64,000 nucleotides of DNA, taken from assembly GCF_003918875.1 (NCBI RefSeq), contig NW_025766225.1, positions 124,001 to 188,000 of the forward strand. The letters are read 5' to 3'. Of this stretch, positions 23,063 to 36,464 are shown piece by piece. The first letter of the stretch is position 1. Every line of letters starts with the position of its first letter. A model generated the notes under the pieces. That model made no database searches, had not been told where the DNA came from, and worked only from the letters and a program-made list of their open reading frames with translations. The translations under genes and the position numbers were made by a program. Source of the stretch: Haliotis rubra (taxonomy: Eukaryota).

Positions 23063-24001
23063 GTGCTTCATCAATAAACTCGCTATTGGAACTTTTATCT
23101 ACTTGTTTTGTGATCCTCAGCATTCGCCAGTTTCGACATTCACTATCTGTTAGGTCCCTGTGATATATTTTCACTCAAACCTCGTCTCCGAGCTCTGGTA
23201 TTCATTTTGTCACATTTTGTGACTGGTGGCAGCATCCATAATATTTGTGTAGTTTGTCTACTAGTATCGACTAGTCCTTGGCCGTTCCGTTACAGTCCCA
23301 TAGTGTCCTATGACCGGGGATAGTAATGTACGTAGCGCCGTGAGCAGGCAATGTGCCTGGATATTCATGAGCGCCATATAAGCGGACTGTTACTATTACT
23401 TTTACTATTCTTTTACTGATGTGTTGCCCTTGGTGGTTCATACAATCACAACAATAGTTATTGGAGAACTGTGTGACAGTTAGATTGGTGACCATATTTT
23501 TGTAGACATATCATGCCATCGTGATCACTTGTTCAAAATCACTCTATGACACGTTTTAGTGTGTGATAGTGGCTGGTTGGTTTTACACTAACTTCTTTGT
23601 GTCAAAATTCCAGCCTTGTTTACTTTTTCAATTTGCAAACCCAAATATAACAATGTCGATCTAATTCAAGGCATTAAACTGCAAATTCAAGCAAATAAAA
23701 CGTCCGTCTAATGCTCTAAATATATGTCCTGAATATATGTAAAGCCCATCTCTGTTGTTCCCCGCCGTGATAGTGCTGGAACATTACTAAAAGCGGCGTA
23801 AACTTAACCTCACTCACTCACTAATTGAATGTCAGTGTTAGCCGGGTATAGGTGTCGGGGGATACAACATTGGAACCCTGTCACAGAAGACCTGCACTGA
23901 TGGCAGTTCGAGAGGTTAGACACAGGTGTTCCCTGTTTTACGAAATATATGCCCGATTGACAAAAAGTTCTATCTTCTTCGCTTAATAAACATCAGCTTA
24001 C

Positions 24002-24097
24002 TCTGGTGTTGATGTCGTAAACGACAAGATCGGACGCGCCGACCAAAGACGTTACAGTCAGCGCAATCAGCTGAAACGGCAGCATCATGGACATCAT
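24002..24097 (-). pseudogene. Duplicated exon 1 of the secreted-protein gene (no duplicated exon 2)
   Basis: Copy of 9339-9434 with small changes at the exon end and in the signal peptide. The duplication starts at 7033 and so excludes exon 2. Confidence 0.6.
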
Positions 24098-24499
24098 GAT
24101 GATATGAACTACGCCGACGAAGGCGCCTCATTTATTGTTGCAACTATGCACAATAAAAACCAAATAAATAAAACAGAAATTATAAACAAATCTAAATGCA
24201 ATAAAGCCCAGTGAGCAAATTCGATTATTGGGTAGCTGTCTAAGTCGTTATCGAACGTAGTGATGTATAATATAAAAATAATATTTCGATTATTTAGCAA
24301 AGTTTGTGCCGACTTGTTAATTAAACTCATGATTTATGACCGTCACACCTGTCCAGATGATTGAATGCACGTTGCAGGTTTCAGATTGATTTTTGCAAAT
24401 TGCATGTCTCCAGCTCTAAACAGTTAATTTTCGTATATGTTAATATTTCGTTGTTTTCACCGAACTAAAATTGTCATTCAATGCAACCCAATACCGGGG

Positions 24500-27400
24500 A
24501 GCATGGAGGTTTGGAGGCATGGGGACTTTGACCATGGGGACTTTGGAGGCTGAGGCACGGAAACATGGACACCTGGAGGTTTGGAAGATTGGAGACGAGG
24601 CATGGGGACTTGGAGGCTTGGAGATCCCTTGAGGCCTGTGGACATGGAGGCGTGGAGGCTTGGGGCATGGGGACCTGGAGGCATGGGGACCCTGGAGGCC
24701 TGGAGGCACGGGTATTTGGAGCGCATGGGCGCTTGGAGGCATGGGGACATGGAGGCATGGGGACTGGAGGCCTGGAGGTTTGGGGGGCACGGGGACATGG
24801 GGACATGGAGGCATGTAGACACGGGGACCCTGGAGGTTTGGAGGCACGAGGACATGGAGGCTTGGAGACTGCCAGGCTCCAGACATGGAGGCCTGGAGGC
24901 ATGGGATACCCCTGGAGGCTAGGAGGCATCGGGACATGGAGCATGAAGACACCCGGGAGGCAGGAGACGGAGACTTGGAGGCATGGAGGCGTGGAGGCGT
25001 GGAGGCGTGGAGGCTTGGAACCTTGTTTAGCTTGGATGCTTAGGGAGGCTTGAGCATGGAGACTTAGAGGCATGGGGACATGGGGACTTGGAGGCATGCT
25101 GATATGGAGGTGCGGAAGGGGGGGCATGGGGACCTTGAAGGCATGGGGATTTGAAGGCATGGAGGCATGGAGACCTGGAGGCATGGGGTTTGGAGGCTTG
25201 GAGGCTTGGAGGAACAGGACCAGGGGCCTTGGAGGCATGGGGACGTGGAGGATTGGGGACATGGAGGTTTGGAGGCATCGGGACAAGGCTTGGAGCCATG
25301 GGGACCGGATGCTTTGGAGGCATGGGGTATTTTGAGGCATGGGTGCTTGGAGGCATGGGGACATGGAGGCATGGGGACCGGAGGTTTGGGGGGCGTGGGG
25401 ACATGGGGATGGAGGTATGTAGACATGGGGACATGGAGGCTAGGAGGCATGCTGGACATCGAGGCTTGGAGGCATGGGGACATGGGACATGGAGGCTTGG
25501 ACCTTGGAAAACTGTATCTGATGCTGACATGGAGGCTTAGGAGGCTTGCAGGCATGTGGGCATCAGGATTTGGAGGCATGGGAGGAGTAGGCATGGACGG
25601 AGGCTTGGAGGTTTGGAAGCATGCAAACATGGAGGCTTGAAGGAATGGGGACATTGAGGCTTGGAGGCATGGGGACATGGAGGCCCCTGGAGGCCTGGAG
25701 GCATGGGGACAATGAGACTTTGAGGCTTTGGACCGTGGGGACATGGAGGCTTGGAGGCTTGGAGCCATGGGGACCCCGGAAGCCTGGGAGGCATGGGAAC
25801 TGGAAGGCACGGGGACCGGAGGCTTGGAGGCTTGGAGGCTTGGAGGCCTTGGAGGCTTGGGGCATGCTGGGCCATGGAGGAATGGAGAAAATGGGGCCAT
25901 GGAGGAACGGGAACATAGGCACTTGAGCTTTGGAGACATGATGACATGGAAGCTTGGAGACTTGGAGGATTGGAAACTTGGTTGCTTGGAGGCTTGGAGG
26001 CTTGAAGGCATGGAGACGTGGGAGGCATGGGGTCATGGAGGCTTGAAGGCAAAGGGACTGGGAGGCTTGTAGACTTGGATGCATTGGGACTTGGGATGCT
26101 TGGAGGCATAGGGACATGGAAGCTTGGAGGCTTGGAGCAATGCGAACATGGAGGCCAGGAGGCATGGGGACATTGAGGCTTTGAGGCCACGGAGGCTTGG
26201 AGTGCTTGGAGGCCGGCTGCTTGGAGGCTTGGAGCCGAAGGCATGGAGCCTTGGAGGCATGGAGACATGGGGCACGAGATCTTGGAGGCTTAGAAGCCAG
26301 AGGCATAGGGACATGGAGTCCTGGAGGCTTGGAGCCATGGTGACTTGGAGGCCCTGGAGACATAGTGGCTTGGACGTTTGGAGGCATGGAGACATGGGGA
26401 CATTGAGGCTTAGGAGGCTTGGAGGCATCGGGACATGGAGGCCCAAGAGACTTGGAGGCTTGGGAGACTTGGAGGACTTGGAGGCGTGGAGGCGGAGGCT
26501 TGGAAACTTGGTTGCATGCTTAGAGGCCGGAAAGCATGGAGACCTAGAGGCATGGGGACATAAGGAGACTTGGAGGCATGTTGATATGGAGGCATGGAAG
26601 CACTTGGGGGCACGGGGACTCAGAAGGCATGGGGATTTGAAGGCCTGGAGGCATGGAGACCCTGGAGGCATGGGGATCGGGAGGCTTGGAGGCCGGGAGG
26701 AATAGGGACTTGGGGGCTTGGAGGCATGGGGACGTGGAGGACTGGGGACATAAGGAGCCTTGGAGGCAATCGGGACAAGGCCTTGGAGACCCATGGGGAC
26801 TTGGATGCTTGCTGGCATGGCATGGAGGCACGGGTGCCAAGGCATGGGACACGGAGGCACGGGGACTGGAGGTCTTGAGGGGCGTGGGGACATGGACATG
26901 GAGGTATGACATGGGACATGGAGGCACGGACATCGAGGCTTGGAGGCATGGGGACATGGGACACGGAGGCCGGAGGCCAGGATTCGTGCCGACATGGAGG
27001 CTTAGAGGCCTTGCAGGCATGGGGGCATCGGATTTGGAGGCATGGAGAATTAGCAGCATGGACTTGGAGGCCAGAGGTTTGGAAGCAGGCGCAAACACGG
27101 AGGCCGGAAGGAACGGGACACTGAGGCCTGGAGGCATGGGGACACGGAGGCTCTGAGGCTTGGAGGCATGGGGACATGAGAGAGGCTTGGACTCGTGAGG
27201 ACACGGAGGCTTGGAGGCCTGGAGCCATGGGGACCCCAAGCTTGGAGGCATGGGGAATTGAAGGCATGGGGACTGGAGGCCGGGAGGCTTGGAGGCTTGG
27301 AGGCTTGGAGGCTTGGGGGCATGGGGCCATGGAGGAATGGAGAAATGGGGCCATGGAGGAATGGAGACATAGGGACTTGGAGCTTTGGAGACATGGATGA

Positions 27401-30389
27401 CATGGAAGCTTGAGACTTGGAGGATTGGAAACTTGGTTGCTTGGAGGCTTGGAGGCCTTGAAGGCATGGAGACGTGGAGGCATGGGGTCATGGAGGCTTG
27501 AAAGCAAGGGGACTTGGAGGCTTCAGGTAGACTTGGATGCATTGGGACTTGGATGCTTGGAGGCATAGGACATGGAAGCTTGGAGGCTTGGAGCAATGCG
27601 AACATGGAGGCTAGGAGGCATGGACACATGAGGCTTTGAGGCCACGGAGGCCACGGAGGCCTGGAACCTGGGTTGCTTGGAGGCTTGGAGGCTTGAAGGC
27701 ATGGAGCCCTTGGAGCATGGAGACATGGGGGCATGAGATCCTTGGAGGCTTAGAAGCCAGAGGCATAGGGACATGGAGTCCTGGAGGCCTGGAGCCATGG
27801 TGACCTGGAGGCCGGAGACATAGTGGCCGGACGCCGCCTGGAGGCATGGAGACATGGGGACATTGAGGCCAGGAGGCCCGGAGGCACCGGGACATGGAGG
27901 CCGGAGACCTGGAGGCCTGGAGACCCCTGGAGACCTTGGAGGCGTGGAGGCGGAGGCGGAGGCTTGGAAACTTGGCCAAGCTTGGATGCTTAGGAGGCGA
28001 AAGCATGGAGACCCCGGAGGCATGGGGACATGGAGACCCCTGGAGGCATGTGACATGGAGGCGTGGAGGGCATGGGGACTTGGAGGCATGGACGAAGGCC
28101 GGAGGCATGGGGGACGTGGATGCTTGAGGGACATGGAGGAGGCTTGGAGGCATCGGGACGAGGCTTGGAGGTTTGGAGCCATGGATTTGGAGCACCATGA
28201 CTTGGAGACTTGGAGGCATGGGGACCTGGAGGCTTGGAGGCATGGGTATTTTGAGGCATGGGTGCTTGGAGGCATGGGGACATGGAGGCATGGACCGGAG
28301 GCTTGGAGGTTTGGGGCACGGGACATGGGGATATGGAGGTATGTAGTCATGGGGACTTGGAGACGGGAGGCATGAGGACATGGAGGCCTGGAGGTTTGGG
28401 GACATGGAGGCTTGGAGACCGGCCAGGCCTGGTGACATGGAGGCTGGGGAGGCATGGATACCTGGAGGCCAGGAGGCACGGGACATGGAGGCCGGAGACT
28501 TGGGAGGCTCGGAGACCTGGAGACTTGGAGGCGTGGAGGCGTGGAGGCGTGGGGAGGCGTGGAGGCCGGAGGCCTGGAGGCCTGGAGGCTTGGAAACTTG
28601 GTTGCTTGGATGCTTAGGAGAGGCTTGAAAGCATGGAGACCCTAGAGGCTTGGGGACATGGAGACTTGGAGGCATGTGGATATGGAGGCGTGGAGGCTTG
28701 GGGGGCATGGGGACCTTGGAGGCATGGGATTTGAAGGCTTGGAGGCATGGAGACTTGGAGGCATGGGGATTTGGGGAGGCTTGGAGGCCTTGGAGGAATA
28801 GGGGACTTGGGGGCTTGGAGGCATGGGGACGTGGAGGCTTGGGACATGGAGGTTTGGAGGCATCGGGACAAGGCTTGGAGCCATGGGGACCTGGATGCTT
28901 GGAGGGCATGGGTATTTTGAGGCATGGGTGCTTGGAGGCATGGGGACTTGGAGGCTTGCAGGACTGCCAGGCTTGCAGACATGGAGGCTTGGAGGCATTG
29001 GGGGACATGGAGGCCTTGGAGACTTGGAGACTTGGAGGCAAGGGGACATGGAGGCTTGGAGGCATGGGGACTTGGAGGCTTGGAGATTTGGAGGCATGTA
29101 TACATGGGGACATGGAAGCTTGAGGCTTGGAGGCTTGGAGGCTTGGGGGCTTGGGGCATGGGGACATGGAGAAATGGAGAAATGGACCATGTGGAGGAAT
29201 GGAGACATGGGGACTTGGAGCTGGAGGCATGAGGACATGGAAGCTGGAGACTTGGAGGCTTGGAAACTTGCTTGGAGGCTTGGAGGCTTGAAGGCATGGA
29301 GACGTGGAGGCATGGAGGTCATGGAGACTTGGAGGCAAGGGGACTTGGAGGCTTGGAGACTTGGAGGCTTGGAGACGTGGAGGCATGGGGTACATGGAGG
29401 CTTCAAGCATGGGGACATGGAGGCTTGGAGGCTTGGAGCCATGGAGGCTTTGAGGTTTGGAGGCATGCGAACATGGAGGCTTGGAAGCATGGGGACATTG
29501 GAGGCTTGGAGGAGGTATGGAGACATGGAGGCTCTGAGGCTTGGAGGCATGGGGACTTGGAGGCTTCGAAATTTGGAGGCAAAAAGGAGACTTGGAAGCT
29601 TGGAGACCTGCAAGGCTGGAGGCTTGGAGACTTGGGACCTGGAGGCATGGGAATTTGGAGGCCTCGAAGTTTGCAGGCATGGGGACTTGGAGGCCTGGGA
29701 GACTTGTGGCTTGGAGGTTTGGAGGCATGGGGACTTGAGGCTTACAGACTGCCAGGCTTGCAGACATGGAGTCTTGGAGGCATGGAGACTTGGAGGCTAG
29801 GAGGCATTAGGACATGGAGGCTTGGAGACTTGTGGGCTTGAAGGCTTGGATGCATGTAGACTTGGAGGCGTGGAGGCTTGGAAACTTGGTTGCTTTGAGG
29901 CTTGGAAGCTTGAAGGCATGGAGACTTGGAGGCATGGGGACATGGAGGCTTGGAAGCATGGGGACTTGGAGGCTTGGAGGCATGGAGACATGGAGGCTTG
30001 GAGACATGGAGGCATTGAGGCATTGGGACATTGAAGCTTTGAGGCCATGGAGGCTTGGAGGCTTGGAGCCATGGGGACTTCGAGGCTTGGGGGCATGGAG
30101 GCATGGGGACTTGGAGGCTTGGAGACTTAGGGGGCTTGGAGGTTTGGAGGCATGGAGGCAAGGAGGCATAGAGGCTTGGATACTTGGAGGCTTGGAGGCA
30201 TGGAGACATGGAGGCTTGGAGACATGGGGACATGGAAGATTGGAGGCTTGGAGCCATTGGGACTTGGAGGCTAGGAGGCTTCGAAGCATGGGTACATGGA
30301 GGCTTGGAGGCATGGGGACATGGATGTTTGGAGGCATGGGGACTTGGAGGCTTGGAGACTTGGAGACTTGGAAACTTGGAAGCATGGGG
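24500..30389 (+). repeat. GGAGGC(A/T)T satellite, copy B (indel-rich; lacks one 463-bp unit)
   Basis: Same order of diagnostic variants as 9841-16220, but only one TTACAGACTG block (29742). Confidence 0.93.
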
Positions 30390-30738
30390 AGTAGTATATA
30401 CACACTGGGGTACGAGATAAAGTTCAGCAAAAGCCTCTGTAAAGCTTCATTCACTAAATACAGCTTTTGTCAGGCCCTTATCTCTCTCCGCTATTTTATA
30501 TACCAGGTTTGAACCCCCTGTTAACTTCCTGGTCACTATGACCGCGAACCAAAACTTTCCTGATCACGTGACACTATGTCGTGTTGACCTCGAGGAAACA
30601 GTTGGTTACAGGATACTATTGGGATTACTCGACAAGGTAAGTGTTAAATATTTTGCTTGGGGGGTAACATTGTGCTGTGATTCCTCTCTGGCGGCGGCTC
30701 GTGGCTGCCCTACATGATGTTGATCTCAGCAAAACAGT

Positions 30739-31355
30739 TTAACGTGAATCTCCTATGATTTCTTTGGTTTTCATAATTGAGGCTTGCTGGGCTTGTTGTA
30801 TCCCCTGTTCTATGTACTTTTTTTGGCTCGCTCGCTGACGGCAGTTTTACGAGACTTGTTTCGAATCTCTCGTTTCATTTCATGATATTTTGTGAGTTGG
30901 GAGAGGACCAAACGAAACTCTTCCTCTGAGATTTTATTGTCAGTGAGTGCGGTGGAAATATGGTCGTCTATGGTGTTTAACTTCGCATCGGCTAGGATCC
31001 TGATCTCGTCGTGTTTCAATGCCTTACGATGCAGTCTGCGTGACACAAACTTAAACACCAATCCAGCCAACCCTGACACCCCAGCTGTTATTTCGATGCC
31101 TAGCACTACGGGTGCGGCTACGATGGTGGTCAACAACCCCACACCTACTGCCCTTAACCCCATACTGGTAGCCATAAGGGTGGTATCAACCCCATCCACG
31201 ACATTGAAAGCTCTATGGTACTTCTTGTACAATGCTGCCCGTGTGTCGCGGTCTTGTTCTAGTTGGCATTTTACGTCACATAACTGTTTCAATCGAAACC
31301 CGTCTACGGTTTCCAGTGTCTTCGCTACTACCTCTACGACTGGGTACAGCCCCAT
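30739..31355 (-). CDS. Polinton membrane-hairpin/coiled-coil protein, copy B
   Basis: ORF 30810-31355 plus a frameshifted tail whose frame is intact in copy A. Confidence 0.7.
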
Positions 31356-31554
31356 CCTGTGCGTATAATATATACTACAAGATATTTTTTAATTGGGCTT
31401 CATATAATAGTCGATCAATGTACTTGAGGCTTATAAGGCCTACGTGCCCATGTAGGTGAATAGTGGAACGGTCAATAGGTCACTCTTGTTCTATACTAAC
31501 TATATGGTTGCTTATTAAGGGGGGCAGCAACCCCGGTGAGGGGTCCGAGCTCCG

Positions 31555-32127
31555 TCATATGACGATACGACAATGGCGGTCTGTAAATGGATATGAATGT
31601 GGCAATCTTATTTCCACCCCAGGTAAAAGGTGCCAGGGGGGAACCACCCCCTCATCAATATCGTCTCTGAAAAAGAATTCTATGATGAATGTGGAGCCTG
31701 GGGGCATAACCATAGAATATAATAGGCCAGCATATAATCGAAATGATAAACGTGTATAACTGGATGCATTTAACATGTAGCCCGGGCGATTTGGTGTTTG
31801 GGAAACTCTTATACTCTGAAAGTTTGGGGGGGTGAAACGCCCGAGCAAGATACCGTTGTTCTTAATTTCGGTGATATAACTAGTGATAGGACCATCCACC
31901 CTTGGGAAAGAAACGTAAGGTGTGGTGAGGGTCATGTTGATCAACCATTTGGGCTCTCTAAAGTCCCCGAGTGTGATGTTGGGCCAATGATCGGGCATTG
32001 CCGCCCGTCTATACACGTTGTCTTTCAAGTGTAGGACGTACAAGGCGTCTTCCTCGCCGGGCAGATCGAACCCTTCCGTGTTTCCTAGGTCGTTAAGCGT
32101 GGCGTTGGGCCGATGATGATTGGACAT
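31555..32127 (-). CDS. Fibre/spike-like protein 2 (MSNHHRPNATLNDLGNTEGFDLPG...); probably extended to about 31370 before gaining stops
   Basis: Paralogous to the 32141-33118 product, with a beta-rich aromatic C-terminal region. Function is inferred, not proven. Confidence 0.5.
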   Translation of the reverse strand: MSNHHRPNATLNDLGNTEGFDLPGEEDALYVLHLKDNVYRRAAMPDHWPNITLGDFREPKWLINMTLTTPYVSFPRVDGPITSYITEIKNNGILLGRFTPPNFQSIRVSQTPNRPGYMLNASSYTRLSFRLYAGLLYSMVMPPGSTFIIEFFFRDDIDEGVVPPWHLLPGVEIRLPHSYPFTDRHCRIVI

Positions 32128-32140
32128 TGCTATAATACTA

Positions 32141-33118
32141 TTACAAGATAGTTTCCAATTGTTTTTCTGATAACCTCTCAAGGGTGCACTTCAACACCAT
32201 GAGGTGTATGTTGTCGGGTAGGAAGATCTTGGTGAGGGATATCGTGTCTTCCACGGTCATGGTGACCCCCTGCAGACTGGTGTGGGAGTCGACACCCACC
32301 CGCACGTAAACAGTGTAAACGTGATACTGGTGCTGTTTCACCCACCGGAGTTTGATTCCCTTCACGACTTCGACTTCGTCCTGCGATGGCAAACGTGGAA
32401 TTTGCTGGTAGACCTTCCAGGATTTTGACCACACCGGCGAATTCAGACACCAACTGCAATGTCACGGCTTGCACTCCCGGTTTACTCGATAGCATGTGGG
32501 CCGCCATACTTGAGAGTGGGCTGATGATTATGCTACGTCTCCGCACCGGGATGTAAGCCACGAGCATGGTTCCGTTGTTCACGACTTTGTTTAGGTAGTT
32601 GTCTTTGTTCTCGTGAACACGTATGGGGAGCCGAGACTAATGTTGAGAAACCAATCCACTCGAGAGGGTAACAACACCCACTTGTCATAGTCGGTGAAGA
32701 CGAGCGTATACTGCTTGTTTCGAGCAACGGTCGTGCTCTCAACATCTTCTAGGTCGAACAGTTTGCCTTCAAACGATGGGTATACCGCCCATCTATCATC
32801 ACCGATGCGGACTAGGTCGAACTGAGTGTTGAGGGCCGCTCCTGAGGTATCTACTATCTCACCTAGGGTTCTACCGATGGAGGAGACTTCAACGCGTTTG
32901 TAAATACTGTTTTTAAGCTGCAAGGCGTAAAGTTTACCATCTACTCCGGGGTCGTCGAACCCGCGTGTGTCCCCAAGGTCGGAGATCCCCACATTGATGC
33001 ATTTTTTCAACCTCATTCCAGGACCTTGTGCGCTAGTCATTTTATGTGCAGCGTTATGCTGAGGTATCCTATATTCACAGGATTCACCGCTCATTATTCC
33101 TGGAAGTGTTACGTACAT
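32141..33118 (-). pseudogene. Fibre/spike-like protein 1 with LxDLxD repeats, frameshifted
   Basis: ISDLGDT, LGEIVDT and LFDLEDV repeats, then WFLNISLGSPYVF / NNGTMLVAYIP, continuing through ORFs 32178-32582 and 32141-32434. Confidence 0.5.
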
Positions 33119-33155
33119 GTTAGAGCATATATACCCATTATATAATACTTTAAAA

Positions 33156-34764
33156 ATGTACAAACCGGGAGTGTTTTACCCTAAAATGGACATAGATTTC
33201 CCGCACATGAAGATCATGGTCGCGGGCTGGGTTGTATATCGGAGCCCAGTTCATAGATGTGTTCGACCGGTATAAGCTTTTTGTGACTAACGTCAAGGCA
33301 GTCCACGCCTGGTTCAACACCCCTATGCTGTTCTGGCAGAATCAACTTAACTTCGCCGTCTGGTGTGCGACGACTGGGTGTGGCTTGACATTGACCGACA
33401 CTCGTCGGGGACCGCTGAGTCAGTCTGTGTTCACGTTTCACGTGTACTACCAGGTCAGGCGTATCCTCAAAGAGATCAGCGCTCCGCTCCCACAGGACAA
33501 AGCATGGGACGCAGTAAACAACCCGTACGATAGACGGGCCTACGAACGCGTTTGCAATGAATTCGAACTAGACCCGAAGACGGATTGGCCTTTGTCGGGC
33601 CCGAACCACGGGTTGGGTATCCCCATCGTTCACAACATGCCCCTCGTGGAAGCCAGCGAAAAGATGAAAGAATGGGGGTACAAGTCGTATCATCACATCA
33701 CAACAAACGAGTGGGATGACCGTTACATGGCTTTCAACAACAGCAAGGATTACTGAGTCTGGAGGTTCGAGCAGGGGCCCGCGGATGACTGGAAAAAGTT
33801 CATGCTGGACACGTAGAGAGGGTTCACTCGTGCCGGCACCGAACGCTTGAACGACTCGATTCGAACGTACGTGTGGGCGCTGTTGGGTGGGCAGACACAA
33901 ACGCGTTCCAACATCCTCGGTTAGGGGACTGCTTACGACACTCAGAAACTGTTCGTTGCTAATGTCGAGGATGCCATCGCCACCCCGGTCGACCTGCCGA
34001 GTGCCATCAAACACTACCAAAACGTATTGACCGCCTCCGTGGTGTAGTGGTTAGAGCGTCCGCCCGGAGAGCGGAAGGTCACGGGTTCGATCCCCGACCG
34101 CGTCATACCAAAAGACGTTAAAATATGGTACTTGTTGGTTCCTGCCTGGCGCTCGGCATTAATGGGTACAACAAGGACTGGTCGGCTCGGAGTCAGTATA
34201 ATGTGTCTGAGGGGGGTATTCATGCTTCACTGCGGCATCGTATCTCAGTGGGCTAGCACTATAAAACCAGCTTAAGTCTGGGCTAGTACAAGCAGCCGCA
34301 CACACACATACACACGCATGCCCGTCGTCATATGAGCGAAATATTCTCAAGCACGACGTTAAACCCAATTTCACCTCACCTCACCTCACCTCACCTCACC
34401 AAAACGTATTGGAATACGCCCGGTCTAAAGTCGACTACGTCTTCGACATGGGACTGTACATGTCCCCGAGCGACATGCAACTGAGAGTAAAAAAAGCAGT
34501 GGGCTACAACAACGAAATAGTTATAGCCACGGCCGACCAGAGTTGGGTGTCAATGCAGGCATCAACGTGAGTCACGTCCCACCTCCCAGGGGTGAAACGG
34601 TTATAGTCGTACCACCCCCGAAGCTCAGGGTTCAACCCACACCAACACAGCCCCTGCCACAACACCGGGTGGCTGAAAATAACGAACACATCGATCGTAA
34701 AACAGCGCTGGTGGTTGGCGGGATCGCGTTCGGTTTGGGTCTCATTTGGTTAAAAATTCCTTAG
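33156..34764 (+). pseudogene. Conserved Polinton protein of unknown function with a C-terminal TM anchor; stops, frameshifts and a SINE insertion
   Basis: WQNQLNFAVWCATTGCG...FHVYYQVRRIL...AYERVCNEF...GFTRAGTERLNDSIRTYVWALLG...AIKHYQNVL[SINE]EYARSKVDYVFDMGLYMSPSDMQL...GYNNEIVIA...KTALVVGGIAFGLGLIWL. The frame resumes exactly across the TSD. Confidence 0.7.
34030..34397 (+). mobile_element. tRNA-derived SINE (family 2) with a (CACCT)n tail and a 14-bp TSD
   Basis: TSD ACCAAAACGTATTG at 34016-34029 and 34398-34411; same insertion as in copy A. Confidence 0.92.
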
Positions 34765-34800
34765 CGGCTACTTACACCAGCCCGGCCACGGCGCTGATGG

Positions 34801-35802
34801 CTTCGACTGACGTTCAACCTCACGTTGACCTCCGCCAACGACAAACGCGAGCTCGTGCGGAACGTAGGTTGAGCCATCATCAAGAAAACCACCATCAATA
34901 TCAGCGGCAACGAGGTGTTGAGCATCAACGACAGCGACATATTTTACTGCTACGGGGACCTCTGGAAAAGTGAGGGAGAATGCGTCAATGACGTGTACCA
35001 CGGTATCAGCAAATCGACTCGGTTGCGCTGTTCTGCGTGCCGCTCGACTTCAAGCTGCTCACAGGGCATGTGCCGTTTTAACTGGCCGCGCTGGGTGATA
35101 GGCTTGAATACGGGCTCACGTATAACGACTACAGCAAAGTCGTGCGTACGCCAAATGGTGATGAAGCCAGTTATGCCATCGACAACAACTCTCTGGGGTT
35201 TGACATTGTCACTAGCCCGGAGCTGGCAAGGCAGGTTCGAAACCAGTACTCGGGGAAGGTGGCCATCCTGTATGACCGCATACAGCGATCATACAGGATA
35301 AGAGAGACATGCTGTGGAACATCAACCTAAACATGCCGGCGCGATCAATGAAAGGTATCCTGATTGTCCCCTTGGAGGATTACGAGCCCTTCCGAAAAGG
35401 GACAGCGAGAAGTTTTTCAACCCCGAGATTGAAAAGGTGGAAGTGACCATCGAGGGCGTGCCCAACCAGCTGTTCAGCGCCGGTATGAGGGCACACCAGC
35501 AGTGGGATGAGATAACGAAGCTACCAACCCGACACCAACACGTCGTCAAGGACCTGGACCTAAGCTCCGTGCAGATCGGTGAATACCTGACCACCAAGTA
35601 CGCGCTATGGTTGGACATGCGATCCACGGACGATGATCAATTACATGGCAGCGGTCGCCGCATCGACAACGGCAGCAAGGGGATAACCATCCAGATTGCC
35701 AAGAAGGCTCAACCCGCGGGCAAGTTGAAATTATATCTGTACGTGATTATGGACGCGCAACCTAATATAGAGAATGGGAGATTTGTGCAAGCCATCTATT
35801 GA
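34801..35802 (+). pseudogene. Polinton double-jelly-roll major capsid protein (N-terminus missing; stops and frameshifts)
   Basis: LRLTFNLTL...RNVG*AIIKKTTINISGNEVLSINDSDIFYCYGDLWK...PLDFKLL...LGDRLEYGLTYNDY...PELARQVRNQY...FFNPEIEKVEVTIEGVPNQLF...YALWLDMRSTDDDQLHGSGRRI...YLYVIMDAQ. It lies directly upstream of the packaging ATPase. Recognised from motif familiarity, not from a database search. Confidence 0.78.
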
Positions 35803-36395
35803 TCTACCCCGCGACCCGCACTGCGCCATAGTGTGCGGGCAGACGGGCTGTGGGAAGACCGTTTTCGTGTTGGACATGCTGGAGGGGGTACTGCCAGGAT
35901 GTCTTCGACAATATCGTTATCATGTGCCCTACTTTGCCCATGAATAGAACGTACATGGAAAGACCTTGGGTGATGACGGACACGGACGTACACAGAGTCG
36001 ACCCGGGAACACGTCTGCAGGACTGGTTGAAGGCTTATTACAGGTAATTTAAAGGGGAGTCGACGCTGTTCATCCTGGACGACTGCAGTGCTAACAAGGA
36101 GATAACAAAAAAGAGAGACATGCTATCGTACCTGGCCTTCTCCGGCTGGCACGCAAAGCACAGCGTCTGGGTGCTTATGCAGAAGTTCAACTAGGTGTTG
36201 AAAGACCTCAGGGAGCAAACGCGATGGGTGGCCTTATTCCACTGCAAGGACAGGGATTCGTTCGAGGAGTGCTTGAGAGAGAACGATGTGATGAGCAAAC
36301 TAGAACGGGAACGGGTGAAGAGGCAGCTAGCCGAGACGAAGCATGTTAAGCTCGTGCTCAAGACCAACCAACCCGTGGACTATAGGGTATTTTAG
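35774..36395 (+). pseudogene. A32/FtsK-HerA-type genome-packaging ATPase
   Basis: MGDLCKPSIDLPRDPHCAIVC-GQTGCGKT (Walker A, 35837-35860) and Walker B TLFILDD. SGWH stands at the SGRH arginine-finger position, followed by VWVLMQK. There is one frameshift near 35887 and stops at 36045 and 36192. The gene overlaps the capsid stop by 29 nt. Confidence 0.88.
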
Positions 36396-36447
36396 CTCAG
36401 CAATGCTAAGCAAATGCTAAGCAATGCTAAGCAATGTCTTAGCAATT
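36396..36447. repeat. Short tandem array of the palindrome AGCAATGCT right after the ATPase stop
   Basis: CTCAGCAATGCTAAGCAAATGCTAAGCAATGCTAAGCAATGTCTTAGCAAT. Confidence 0.7.
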
Positions 36448-36464
36448 AAAAGTTACTATTCTAT

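Larger units (their letters stand above)
21676..35824 (+). repeat. Copy B of the ~14.6-kb head-to-tail duplication
   Basis: Repeats the intron repeats, exon 1, the satellite and the left part of the Polinton, including the same SINE at the same site (offset 14161 there). Confidence 0.9.

Noticed and set aside
33568-34020. Minus-strand 150-aa ORF (also 19407-19859) and other antisense ORFs over Polinton genes
   Set aside because: They are shadows of the plus-strand pseudogene, whose motifs continue through stops and across the SINE.
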